A DNA stretch of 57,406 bases, the filler included, from Squatina squatina (lineage: Eukaryota), in assembly GCA_031763465.1 (NCBI GenBank). It is 4 parts of 4 records of this genome, joined end to end, with 100 filler letters (N's around TTAATTAATTAA, not from the genome) between each part and the next. Parts side by side here need not be neighbours in the genome. Positions count along the whole stretch, not along the records: positions 1 to 17,490 come from JARFOE010000073.1; positions 17,591 to 30,069 come from JARFOE010000004.1; 2 more parts are not named here. One strand, written 5' to 3'. Both the position numbers and the translations under genes were made by a program. This document shows, one piece after another, positions 12,024-23,616 of this stretch (its first letter is position 1; every line of letters begins with the position of its first letter). Below the pieces are notes generated by a model that did no database searches, was not told where the DNA came from, and saw nothing but the letters and a program-made list of their open reading frames with translations.

Positions 12024-12146
12024 ATCTCGATGAGTGTGCAGGAAACAGGTCCCCTTGCCAACAGAGGTGTCAGAATGTGGTGGGCAGCTTTAAATGTTCG
12101 TGTCGGCCCGGCTTCTACCTCCACAACAATGGGCATTCATGCACAG
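12024..12146 (+). CDS. VWCE-like gene exon, calcium-binding EGF ([41 protein letters not shown])
   Basis: tgtgttgcag| acceptor, CAG|gtagga donor, 123 nt, phase 1-1. Resembles VWCE [38 protein letters not shown]. Confidence 0.9.
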
Positions 12147-12439
12147 GTAGGAACACCCAGTCATTTCTAACTTGGTGGTTTTGTTGTTGTCGTTCCCAAC
12201 CATCGGATCAGTAATTTAGTTTTTCATAACCACTGTCCCTGAAATATATTTTGATTATTTTATTACATTTACTGTAAAAAAAAATGTTACCCAATTATCA
12301 TCTTCCTTGCTTGAAGGCAATGACTGTCGCTAGGGTACATTTGCACTGGTAGGGACAAGTGCCCATTCATCATATTGGTCTACTGTAGAGTCTAATTTGT
12401 CTGATTAGAATACATTTTGGGGATGTTGGTTGATGGAGA

Positions 12440-12686
12440 ACAAGTTGCTCCCAGTGCAACAAACCCACTACCAATGCAACAAGCTCACGCCCAGTGCAAG
12501 ACACTGCTTCCGGTGCAACAAGCTCACTCCCAGTGCAAGACACTGCTTCGGGTGCAACAGGCTCACTCCGGTGCAAGACACTGCTTCGGGTGCAACAAGC
12601 TCACTTCCAGTGCAACAAGCTTACTCCCGGTGCAAGACACTGCTTCTGGTGCAACAGGCTCACTCCGGTGCAAGACACTGCTTCCA
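12440..12686. repeat. ~39-bp tandem repeat made of two related 19-20 bp subunits (gtgcaagacactgcttc / gtgcaacaagctcactcc)
   Basis: cagtgcaag recurs at 12492 and 12531. The array runs into a gap. Confidence 0.9.
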
Positions 12687-13147
12687 NNNNNNNNNNNNNN
12701 NNNNNNNNNNNNNNNNNNNNNNNNNNNNNNNNNNNNNNNNNNNNNNNNNNNNNNNNNNNNNNNNNNNNNNNNNNNNNNNNNNNNNNCCCTCGTGACTTCA
12801 GGTGAGGAAGGGAGAACATTGGGGCTCTAGTTACACAGAAAAATATCTGCCTACATATAAATATGAGTCAGTGGACTCAAAGATGCGGAATAAAATAGCA
12901 AATGTAACACAGGTCACTTCAAACCATCTGTTTTTCTCTCTGTGGCCAGCAGAAAGGGGGAAAGCATGTAACCTGGCTCCTAGCCAGCACTCCTCTTGCA
13001 AAGACAATTTGCCAAATTCACTGCGAAACAATTCCACTTTGACATTGGCTATTAGTAATTCCACACTGTATGTTCGTGTACCCATACTCATCCCCAGAGA
13101 GACTTAAATAGCAATTCGTCCTCATTTGTTCAGCCTCCACATGCAGT

Positions 13148-13196
13148 TTAAGGATTGCTGTAATTCCAAGAGGGAAAATCACCGGAGGAACTGTCC
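13148..13196 (-). CDS. Candidate terminal coding exon (RDSSSGDFPSWNYSNP*) or UTR exon of an antisense transcript
   Basis: atattctcacag| acceptor, in frame with the phase-2 end of the 13645-13745 exon. Confidence 0.3.
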
Positions 13197-13644
13197 CTGT
13201 GAGAATATTTACACACAGGGTAGTAGGCTGATCTTTTTGCATTCTGGCTCAACCTGAGGTGGGCCTCTACTTTTTCTCCTGTTCAGTGAGCTGATTTAAG
13301 TCTGTTATTTTCCACACTGGAGATAGTTATATTAGTTTATCAATTTTTATTTTGTTGGTTATTTTTATGTTTTCTCTTCACTCCTTTGAAGCCAGGGAGC
13401 CAGTTTCCTCAGAGTTACATCAGTTTTGAGTTCACGAGTCATTCAACTGATATTGTTTTGGATTGAGGCCTCGTCAAGTCTCTTACGAACTGAACAAACA
13501 CAAACAAATCCAGCCTTGCAACATCAGGAAATGCTAGCATCTAGCTTCAGAATTTGTATTTAATGCCATGGGTGTCTCCCAGAGATACACATCTATAAAA
13601 CTTGTCCCTATTCCCTTCCATCATTGCATGACGATTCCACATAC

Positions 13645-13745
13645 CTGTCCAGACTCAAATTAACTGGTCTACATGATTGGGTCAATCGTTGGACTGGAGT
13701 TCTGGCTGTCATACATTCAGCTCTTTTTGTTCCAATATTGTGTGT
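13645..13745 (-). CDS. Candidate antisense exon (THNIGTKRAECMTARTPVQRLTQSCRPVNLSLD)
   Basis: cttcattctatctcatcctgcag| acceptor and CAG|gtatgt donor, 101 nt, only the phase-0 frame is open. Confidence 0.4.
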
Positions 13746-15523
13746 CTGCAGGATGAGATAGAATGAAGCACCGCTCAACCCTAGATTAGCTCTTACTCAT
13801 TCTCATATTCAAATTTTGTGATACTGGGAGTTATAGTTTGGCTCTTTCCCAGTAATTGATCGCTTATTCATAGATAGTCTATAGATTCCATAAGCTGACT
13901 GAGCTCCGATTGAAGTGGAACATTCACCTTTATTCACCACTGTCGATAGATTAGCGTTATCCCGGTTTAGTAACTAACTCCTAATTGGAGTAAATCAATC
14001 ACTAAGGAATGCATGGAATGCCCACTGCACTCTCCCAACACCTCTGAAGGTGAAAAATAATATGTTAGACCACTGAATTCAGGCTAAAACTACTTGTCAG
14101 ACTTATTTACAGGGAAAATGATGTACAGCAATGAAGAGACAGCAGGATATTGAAACACAAGTCAACACAAACAATAGACCTAGAATCATTTCACGAGGGC
14201 TTGGTATGCCCTTTTTCAGTGAGCCACTTCTTATAAATTTGTATTGGCATCAAAATACCTTCAGGAGGGGATGTTGGACATGGGCAATGGGAGTTCTAGT
14301 TTACTCATGGTTAGTTTGTTCTTAAGCCAGAATTGAAAACTAGCAGCTTAGGCTAACCTGATGCAGTGTTTTTTTTCATGCTCCAGCCATTTTTGGGGAA
14401 GAACCAAGCAGACAGCAGTGTTAACAATCTTTATACCTTGATAGTTGAGGTGATAATGGCTAGAAACTGGCGACTTCCCTTGCATATTCTCCCCTCTGGG
14501 GAGACTGGGCTCCACACTTTATAACTGATTTTTTTTAATGGTTTCACACGCAGTGAACCTAGAGTCATCGGAGTCTCTGTCTGTCAGCCTGTGCAAGTAT
14601 CACTTGTAAACCTGTTCCGACCCGACATCAAAGGCAAATCTATTTTCATTTGCCCCTTNNNNNNNNNNNNNNNNNNNNNNNNNNNNNNNNNNNNNNNNNN
14701 NNNNNNNNNNNNNNNNNNNNNNNNNNNNNNNNNNNNNNNNNNNNNNNNNNNNNNNNNNAACAGCAGGCTACAGTAGGGTGCTCATTTGGTACACGGAAAA
14801 TGGTTCGGGCCCTCCAATGGTGGGCCACAATTAAAAAATGACAAGCGTCTGCTGGGCCTCTCTCTGCTAGGACGTCAGCTTGTGCTGATGTGGGTACAAA
14901 TGATGAAAACTGTTTCTGACAGTATAATAGCATTTTCGTTTCAGTTCAAGTGATAGATTAGGTCTGCAAACCATATTTAAAACAAAATACTGCAGCAAGA
15001 CCTCTGGGCCCCTTCTACCCAACAACTCTCAGGCTGGTGCCAAAGGCTTAAACTATTGAGCAGCGCTGAAAGCCAGCCTCAGTCAAGCCAGATGTTTCCA
15101 ACCTTTCCTACTCTGAATGATGTTTAATCCTGTATTTTATTTGGCCTTTGTTTCTCTACTTAAACAAGAATGAGAGCTTGGAATCATACTATGACCCTAC
15201 TTGTAGCTGTGGGAGCACAGTAGTAAGTTATTGCTTTGAATGCCAGTCAGACATGCACCTCAACACCCATGAAGTATTTGGGAAGGTAGCAGATAATGGG
15301 TGAAGTTCATAGTGTAATACATTGTGGTAAAGGACCAGGATAACCTTATGTCACATTGGAATAAAGTTTTTAAAAAAATAGTTAATTGAGAGATACTGGC
15401 CCTGAAATTGCGATGTTCCCATGNNNNNNNNNNNNNNNNNNNNNNNNNNNNNNNNNNNNNNNNNNNNNNNNNNNNNNNNNNNNNNNNNNNNNNNNNNNNN
15501 NNNNNNNNNNNNNNNNNNNNNNN

Positions 15524-15600
15524 CCTGACCTGCTGAGTTTTTCCAGCAATTTTTGTTTGTATTCTAGATTCCAGCATCCGCAGTATTTCGCTTTTGTCTT
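15524..15600 (+). mobile_element. Penelope-type terminal repeat fragment
   Basis: cctgacctgctgagtttttccagcaatttttg...gattccagcatccgcagtattt, same family as 27160-27317 and 19395-19500. Confidence 0.65.
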
Positions 15601-16108
15601 GCATAAGCTGTTTGGAGTCACTTTCTTGGTGCCATGTGGACAGCAGGGTTCCTTAAAAGTGCAATGCAAGTACTGAACTGAGTGTCTCTTAGCTGTAGGT
15701 GTCCTTGCAGCAGATGGCACAGCCTCACATGTAGCTATCTGACACCTGGAGCATGTGTATCCAGTTCCATGTGGTCACTGTCATATTGTGCACCTCTGCC
15801 TATAAATGTCGGTGATGGAAACTTTCTCTTCTCGGCTCTTTTCTCTTTGGTTATGCATCTTCCTCAGGAGGTTGAACAAATCGGGGAGAGTCCACGCTCC
15901 AGCAGGCTGTTCAGGGTCTGCGGAGGGATCTGACTCCATGAGCCTATGCTTTTATAGTTTATGTTCTTCCATCCAGGTACTTCAACCAACTGTCAGTCCT
16001 TGTTACAGCACAAAACTTTCTAGAGTTGTAGCAATCACAATGCAATTAAATGAAAGTATTATGCTCTGTGGATAGATTCTTACTAAGTTGTAATGTGTTA
16101 TTCTCCAG

Positions 16109-16275
16109 AATACTCGGTCGCCTCAGCTCCAGTAATGGAATCTCTCAAGCAGCCTTTGCCAGCTGCGATCTTTGCCACTCCCTGGATGCCACCAACATCC
16201 TGCTGGTACAATGAGACCTTGCAACAGGACGGTGCCACCTGGACAGTGTCTGAGTGCGTCGAATGCACTTGCCGG
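16109..16275 (+). CDS. VWCE-like gene exon, Pro-rich linker plus N-terminal half of a VWC domain (SCWYNETLQQDGATWTVSECVECTCR)
   Basis: ttctccag| acceptor, CGG|gtgagg donor, phase 1 to 0. C...G..W....CxxCxC VWC pattern. Confidence 0.8.
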
Positions 16276-16309
16276 GTGAGGAGCTCCAAACGTTTATCAT
16301 TGTGTTCAA

Positions 16310-16707
16310 TTTCTGAAGGGCAGCTCAGCGGAGGACTACCCATTGTGAAGGATAGCTTGGCTGGGGATCACCCATTGTGTTTGATTCCTGAAGGATTGAT
16401 TCCTGAAGGATGGCTTGGCTGGTGACCACCCATTGTGTTCGATTCCTGAAGGATATCTTGGCTGGGGACCACCCATTGTGATTGATTCCTGAAGGATCGA
16501 TTCCTGAAGGATAGCTTGGCTGGGGAACACCCATTGTGATTGATTCCTGAAGGATCGATTCCTGAAGGATAGCTTGGCTGGGGAACACCCATTGTGATCG
16601 ATTCCTGAAGGATCGATTCCTGAAGGATAGCTTGGCTGGGGAACACCCATTGTGATCGATTCCTGAAGGATAGCTTGGCTGGGGAACACCCATTGTGATC
16701 GATTCCT
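16310..16707. repeat. Compound minisatellite, 43-bp unit plus an optional 15-bp internal duplication (58-bp period)
   Basis: gattcctgaaggatagcttggctggggaacacccattgtgatc units. ttcctgaaggatagc recurs at 16501 and 16559. Confidence 0.95.
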
Positions 16708-17119
16708 GCTCAGCTGGGGACTATCCTGTCTTGAGACCTCCATATACCTATTAATAATTATTTGGGTTACTTAAATATATTGCACAAAGACCTTTTTCTT
16801 TTAACATAAATAAATTCCTCGTTGAGGAGCTTAGAGAAAAAAAGAAACAGAAGTGAAGGAACAGTGAAGAAACATTCTACAGTATATTCTACATGCCTGT
16901 CACATAAACTATATCCTACCTGCTGTTCCCTGCCACCATTATCCATGTGGTGTGATGTTTGAAGCAATTCTATAGTATAACATGGATGATGTGTCAGCCC
17001 TCCTGTGGTGCTCCTCGTGGTGAACGACTGGAGTGCTATACTTGATAATAAGTAGTATATTATTATATAAATGTAATAGAGTTCATGGGTGATTGGGGAT
17101 ACGAATCAGGGAGGAGAGT

Positions 17120-17350
17120 AGTTGAGCAAGAAAAGGAGCATGGAGAGGGGAGTAGATCTCTTGCAACAGGAAATGCTAGAGAGCGGAGCAGTTGAGTGAA
17201 ATAGGAATTGAAGCAGCAATGGAGTAGGAAAGTTTCCAGTTATCAGGGAACTGGGAGTGGCAATATCTAGGAAGTGGATCGGGAAGCAGAAGAAGTACTC
17301 TCACTCCTACATCAGAATTTGGGAATCTGGCCAAGAAGGGAAGGAAACCT
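17120..17350 (-). mobile_element. Possible very decayed Penelope-like RT/linker fragment
   Basis: Reverse strand has remnants resembling LPFL...HS...SIPxSQLLRL with frameshifts. Confidence 0.3.
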
Positions 17351-17534
17351 GATAGAAATCGGTTGTGACCCAAACTCCTCCCCCACCGAGATTGAGCTAA
17401 TTACACGGTCTTCTTGGCATGGAATTTTCAGGCTATTGATGAGAGGAGAAGCACTCTCAACTCCCATTACCTTACATTGTGTGATGTTCANNNNNNNNNN
17501 NNNNNNNNNNNNNNNNNNNNNNNNNNNNNNNNNN

Positions 17535-17546
17535 TTAATTAATTAA
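17535..17546. other. Artificial scaffold-joining linker TTAATTAATTAA inside N44/N44
   Basis: Palindrome with stops in all six frames, centred in a 100-nt spacer. Identical at 30114 and 44435. Confidence 0.95.
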
Positions 17547-19394
17547 NNNNNNNNNNNNNNNNNNNNNNNNNNNNNNNNNNNNNNNNNNNNGGGGGGGCAG
17601 CACATGGGAAGATTTTTGTGGGGCTAGGAGGAGTGTTAATAGGGACAAAAACTGGCCGCACAATTTCAGTTTGTCCCACATATGTTGTCACATCATTATT
17701 CCTCCTGGTGACCCTTTTTATTACTGTTCTTCAGAAATAACACTTCTTTATTCAGTCCTTTGTTTCTCTTATTGCAAACCTGAAAAGATGTTTTAGTCAA
17801 CTTCCCATTTGTTATTTCTGAGTTCTTTTATTCATATTGTGTTTTGATCAATATGATAACTTTGGAAGTAAATACATTAAAAACAAAAACAATTTGAAAT
17901 CAGCCCCATGGTTTTTTTTGTTTTCTTTCCGTAGCCTTTAAGGATGTTTAGCCAAAACAAAGATCTAATGTAACATCACCAAGGGAATAGAGTCATGGCA
18001 AATTTTCCTTTTGCTTTCTGCATCATTTAAATATACATGATAAGCTGACTTGCTGACAAATGCAAAGGGCAGACAGAGTTTAGGAAGTTCAGAGTTTTCT
18101 GACATGAACTGTCTGCTTTCAGTTAATGTGTCAAGTCTTGTTATATTCTCGAAGTTGAGCAACAGTATGATTAGGATGGAAATAGCTCATTCGTATCGTT
18201 TACTTAGGCAATAATGAATGAGAAAGCATGTGCACGTCGAGGCTTTTTATCATGCTAGTGATTGTCTTGACATGAATGAAAGCTGAGTGCTGAAGCAAAC
18301 GTTGGTACAATAAAAACTCCAACATACACAAGCCTGTCCTCAGAAATTATATCCCATTTACTGATAAGTAAGTAGAAGTCAATCATTATCATTAAATTAA
18401 TATTTTAAAAGCGAAGTACACCTCTAAGTACAGACATAAAAGCCCAGAGATTACCATTGTCAGTAATAGCTCCAAAATGCTTTACATGTTCATATAACAT
18501 TTCTTGATCAGCTATTTTATCAGAGGAGCTATCTCATTATAATAAATACATTAGTACTAGAGCATTTGTCACTTGATAATAAACAGCAAAAACGTATTTT
18601 AAACTGGTGTTTTACTAATCACTGGCTCAATTCTACATTGCAGCTATCAAACAACATTTTGGAGGGATCAGAATGGGAAGTTCGTACTTCACTATTTGAT
18701 ACAAAATTTNNNNNNNNNNNNNNNNNNNNNNNNNNNNNNNNNNNNNNNNNNNNNNNNNNNNNNNNNNNNNNNNNNNNNNNNNNNNNNNNNNNNNNNNNNN
18801 NNNNNNNNNACTGCAAAATATAGTTAATTTGGAGCTAAAATCTTTGAAATAAAACAGAAACTCTGTTAGTCCTGTGAGGGTACCCTTGCGTTGCCAGGAA
18901 ACTAGACATGCTCAGTACATATTATACCACTCATCCATCATTTGGATGCAAGTAAATCAGCTTAACTCAAACAGAGGCAACACATTGCACACCAGTTGAA
19001 ATTCACGGTTCCTTATGTTTGACATGGCATTAGATGTTAAAACAGCAAAGCTTGTTGGTCTTTAGAATTAAGGGTGCAGCCTCCAGGGTCTCCTGACCAT
19101 AATATTATCTCTTGATTCTTTTAACTATGCGGTTTTCATTTGACAAACGCTGTGAAAATGAATTACTGTATAACAATGTCACCTTTTCTATTTGCTAATG
19201 GCTCTAACCTTCAAAGCAGCTTTGAAATGCCCAGTATGTAGATCAACTCTCAGCCTCCTGAATTAAGGGGAGGCAAGGCCAATCTCCCAGAAGATCAAAC
19301 ATTGGTAGGAGCAGCAGGATGATCTGAATCATAGGTAACAAGTAAACAAACCTCTTCTAAACATCAGAAGTTGGCCTGGGAGAATATAAAAATG

Positions 19395-19500
19395 AAAAAG
19401 CAAAATTCTACGGATGCTGGAATCTGAAATAAAAACAGAGAATGCTGGGAATACTCAGCAGGTCAGACAGCATCTGTGGAGAGAAACAGAGTTAATGTTT
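19395..19500 (-). mobile_element. Penelope-type terminal repeat copy
   Basis: Reverse complement of the 27215-27317 sequence (gatgctggaatctgaaataaaaacag...ctcagcaggtcagacagcatctgtggagagaaacagagttaa). Confidence 0.7.
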
Positions 19501-20663
19501 TTACAAAAACAGAATTTTTTTCCTCTTTTTTTTCTCTCGCTCCCATGTTGCTGTTGATGATTTTGCCATCTCCATTTACACCCTATCCAGACTAATCTTT
19601 TGTTTCTTAATTTGGCCCATCACCATCTCCTTTTGCCTTGCATCATTATCCCTTTTGTCATTTAGGGGTCAAAATTCGTAAGCTCCCTTTGGGGTGCTTA
19701 CAGGGCGGGAGCCAGCATTTCTCGCGCCACCTCCCACCCCACACCGCCCACCACAGAATAGCTGTTCTGTGGTGGGAGCGAGGCACTGCGCTGTCAGCCT
19801 TGCTCCCGGGTGGAAGTGGGAAGGCTGGCCTGCAATGTTGTTGACGTAGNNNNNNNNNNCGTAGCCTCAATGCCACGCCAACAACATCAGTTGCGCCGCG
19901 TCAGGAGCACTGCCGGGCCTCCTTTAAAGGGGAGGGCTGCTGGCCATCCTGACAACACCCCGCAGCCCGCCACTGGGCCACCAGGGATGGCGGCGATTGG
20001 GCCACCAGCCTGGTCACGTGCCAGGCGAGGGGATGGTGGCCCGAACCGAACAATTGGACAACAAAGTCGGCCGACAATTTAAGATTGCGACCACAGGCGC
20101 ACAGGCCCTCCTCTTTAAGAGGGCTGTTGCAGCGAAAGGTTTCCCTGTCGCTGAAACTGCCCGCCGCTATGGCCACGTCCTGCGGGTGAATTCCGCCCGT
20201 GGGATGCAAACAGGCTGCAAAGGAGGTTGCGGCTGTGCAGNNNNNNNNNNNNNNNNNNNNNNNNNNNNNNNNNNNNNNNNNNNNNNNNNNNNNNNNNNNN
20301 NNNNNNNNNNNNNNNNNNNNNNNNNNNNNNNNNNNNNNNNNNNNNNNNNNNNNNNNNNNNNNNNNNNNNNNNNNNNNNNNNNNNNNNNNNNNNNNNNNNN
20401 NNNNNNNNNNNNNNNNNNNNNNNNNNNNNNNNNNNNNNNNNNNNNNNNNNNNNNNNNNNNNNNNNNNNNNNNNNNNNNNNNNNNNNNNNNNNNNNNNNTG
20501 TTCATCCCTGATTATGAACACTAGTCTGAAGCATATATGCTCAATCCTATGCTTCTGAGCAGTTTCAAATTGACACTGGGATCCTATTACAGCTTTTTCA
20601 AACTACTCTACCTCAATCATCTCATTAATTACAAAAGTGAATAAATATGATTGTCTGACATAC

Positions 20664-20876
20664 CAGCACATCAAAGCTTGGTTTGATCTTAAACTGAACA
20701 TCTTGGACAGCTCTTTTTAAAGTATAAATAAGAGCAACTCTCCACTTTGCAGGAGGGTACCCAAACTGTATAACGGATGTTTGGGTGTGTGGTGTCTCAT
20801 TTGCTGAAAGGTTCTCCACATATTCGACGGTCATCGTTCTGTGTATAAACTGCTCCTTTCTTTTCATCAAAAGCAA
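20664..20876 (-). CDS. Internal coding exon of an unidentified gene (LLLMKRKEQFIHRTMTVEYVENL...FGYPPAKWRVALIYTLKRAVQDVQFKIKPSFDVL)
   Basis: ttcatttctgacttgattttag| acceptor and CTG|gtatgt donor bracket exactly 213 nt (71 open codons), phase 0-0. Confidence 0.6.
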
Positions 20877-22851
20877 CTAAAATCAAGTCAGAAATGAAAA
20901 TCTCTTTTCCTAGCAACAAAGAATGACGGATGTTGTGCAGCTGGCTTGCTGAAGTCCGTGAACCTTACTTATAACAGAGTCCTCATTACAATGCATGCTT
21001 TGGCCCATGTCCCAAACACTGAATTCTAATGAAGGTCTATGGCAATAGAGTTGTAAAAGATCATGGCAACAGCTTGTTAAACTCCATAATTACAAGGTAA
21101 AGAGGTCTGCATCGGGGCACCTCTAGTAATTTTGCTGAAGTTTTGCATAATGACTTCACTGGGCCTTAATTGCAGTTATTTTTTGCTTACATACATTACA
21201 TGGTTCCACTCAGAGTGTGCAGCATAAAAGGTTCAATGTAAATGTGCACTGTGATATGAAGTGAGTCTTGCAGGCTGACTTAGCTTATAGGTGACCCTGG
21301 GGACCTGGGAGAAGTGGCAGTGATCAGGGGTACTACTGAACTTGCCTCCAGAGTTATTTGATTTCCCGATATGGGTGCAGTTTAGCCCATAATGGTGAGA
21401 AGTACGCTTAGATAGACTTAAAAGGAAGTGTGCTGTTTCTATCCAATTTTTTGAGGTCAGCTCATTAACAATGCTTCAGGAGCAGATTTGGGCAGGTGTA
21501 GGCAGCACACAGGTGGTGGGAGTGGAAAATAATGTTAAAGTGGCAATTAAAGGCAAGGGTACAATTAAAGGGAAGCAGTAGAAGAGGGTGACAAAAATTC
21601 TGGCTCAAAAATCTATCTCAATACATCAACAGCCTTTATCAAGGCTGCAATGGGAAGGGATAAAGAATTGACAGGAATAAATGAAGGGGAAAGAAACCCA
21701 GCTACAGGCATATGTCTACAGTCAAGTGATGAACTAACCCAATACCTGACCCCTTGTTTCCTGATTGCTGAAGTGAAGGGGGTGCTGCATCAGATGGTTG
21801 TACCACTTCCATAGGTCAGTACTGTACCATGCCAGCAAGGAGTTGGCAGTACATTGNNNNNNNNNNNNNNNNNNNNNNNNNNNNNNNNNNNNNNNNNNNN
21901 NNNNNNNNNNNNNNNNNNNNNNNNNNNNNNNNNNNNNNNNNNNNNNNNNNNNNNNNAGAAGCGTAGTCTGAATGCACAATTTTTAATAAGCAATTTATGA
22001 TGATAATGACATTTGTACAAATCCTGCAATCTGTCTTTAATCAAACGTGGATTGATTGATTGCTTCATGATGATCTTTTTCCATGAGCAATGGCACAACT
22101 TACGTCAGATCCAACTTATTTTTCCTTCATGTACAGTATTGTAATTAATAGGCATTTTTAGGATATTAACTGACTAATTCGAAACAAATTGTAGTCCACT
22201 TCCGCTTGCCCTTCCAGAATTCCCTGTGAGCTTCAAGGTTAGCCATTGTGCATAATTTCTAATATTCTGTAATTTCCGCAGTAGAATCAGAACATAAGTG
22301 GCACAATAGTAGCCAAAGAACATGTAGACTACGTGGAACAATGGCTAAAGCATCAATAACTTTAGTAACGAGTGTTGAAAAAAGGAACTAGCTCATTAAA
22401 GTAACATTATGCTATTCAGATGAATTAGTGGGGACGAAGCAATTCTATGTTGATCCTACAGAGTGAATATTAAAACTGCATCTCAGTCTGAGGAACGCCT
22501 CGCCTGAGATGTGAATGTGAAGAATATAGGGTTGTTGTAGTTGTTGTAATTGTTTTAGTAATAATTAATAATAGTTGTATCATTTGGTACAGATCCAGCA
22601 ATGATCAGTTAGCCTTAGCTAATTTAATATCATGTATTGCCAATTATGTAGCTCTACATACAAGCTATTTTAAAGAAACTTCAGTATTATTTATTTCCAT
22701 TCCATATTATCTTTGAACTTACTTAGTGCCAATAATGATTATAGATTAAAGNNNNNNNNNNNNNNNNNNNNNNNNNNNNNNNNNNNNNNNNNNNNNNNNN
22801 NNNNNNNNNNNNNNNNNNNNNNNNNNNNNNNNNNNNNNNNNNNNNNNNNNN

Positions 22852-23080
22852 GAATGCTGCATGCATTCAAATAAAGAGCCTTTAACTTTGTCTTTTTACC
22901 ATTTTCCCCTACTCTGATCCTATTTGCTGGTGCACTCTTATGTTTGTACGCTCTGTTCCTTCCTGTCACACTCTGGTTATCATTACCCATATCGCTACCC
23001 TGCACTATTGCCTTGTCCTTTCTGTTTTACATTCTAAATTTCCCCTCACCTGAACCCTCCCCCCCACTACTTAGTTTAAG
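22852..23080 (-). mobile_element. CR1 LINE fragment, ORF1/ORF2 junction and endonuclease start
   Basis: GENGKKTKLKALYLNACSI matches the CR1 ORF2 start motif LxxLYxNARSI. Confidence 0.75.
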
Positions 23081-23477
23081 AAGCCTTTCTTCAGGTGTAA
23101 ACCTAGCCAATGAGCATTGGCAAGCTATTCAACTGTGCAGAAAATTACAGCTGAGACTAATTCTGAAAACACTAGTCTTCACATGCATATTTCAATCAGA
23201 CTAATTTTCTCCCTCCCTAGCTAAGGGATGCTGAGGCTGGCCGCAGTGCTCATTCACGAACCGTACTCAGATCAGACAGCTCAGCCCACTTATCCCTTCT
23301 TGTCTGTATGGCTCAGTACCACTGCATTATATTTAGCAACTGAGTCATCAGACGAGCGGCAACCTGAAAGTTTTAAAGGCTGTTTTCAAATAATGATCCT
23401 GACTCCTACAACGTGTCAGACAGCAGCCTGAGACTCTGAGACTGGAAAACAGCAACAAAAAAAGTAAGCAGCAGCAA

Positions 23478-23616
23478 ATGGACTGGGAAAAGAAAGTACT
23501 TCAACAAAGACAGAGAAAGAAAGTCAAAGGTAAAATTGAGAGAAGTTTATACCAGAAACCTGAGAAAGAAAATCCTAGAGCAAGAGAGATGAAAAGAAAG
23601 AAAGCAGTTATAGATG
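23478..23616 (+). CDS. Candidate first coding exon with a basic, charged peptide (MDWEKKVLQQRQRKKVKG...KKAVID)
   Basis: caaATGG start context, 46 open codons, G|gtatgt donor. No homolog recognised. Confidence 0.35.

Noticed and set aside
16325-16743. Repetitive minus-strand ORFs
   Set aside because: They are translations of the 43/58-bp minisatellite.
17535-17546. TTAATTAATTAA as a biological site (piggyBac TTAA or homeodomain motif)
   Set aside because: It is identical and centred in N44/N44 three times, so it is an assembly linker.
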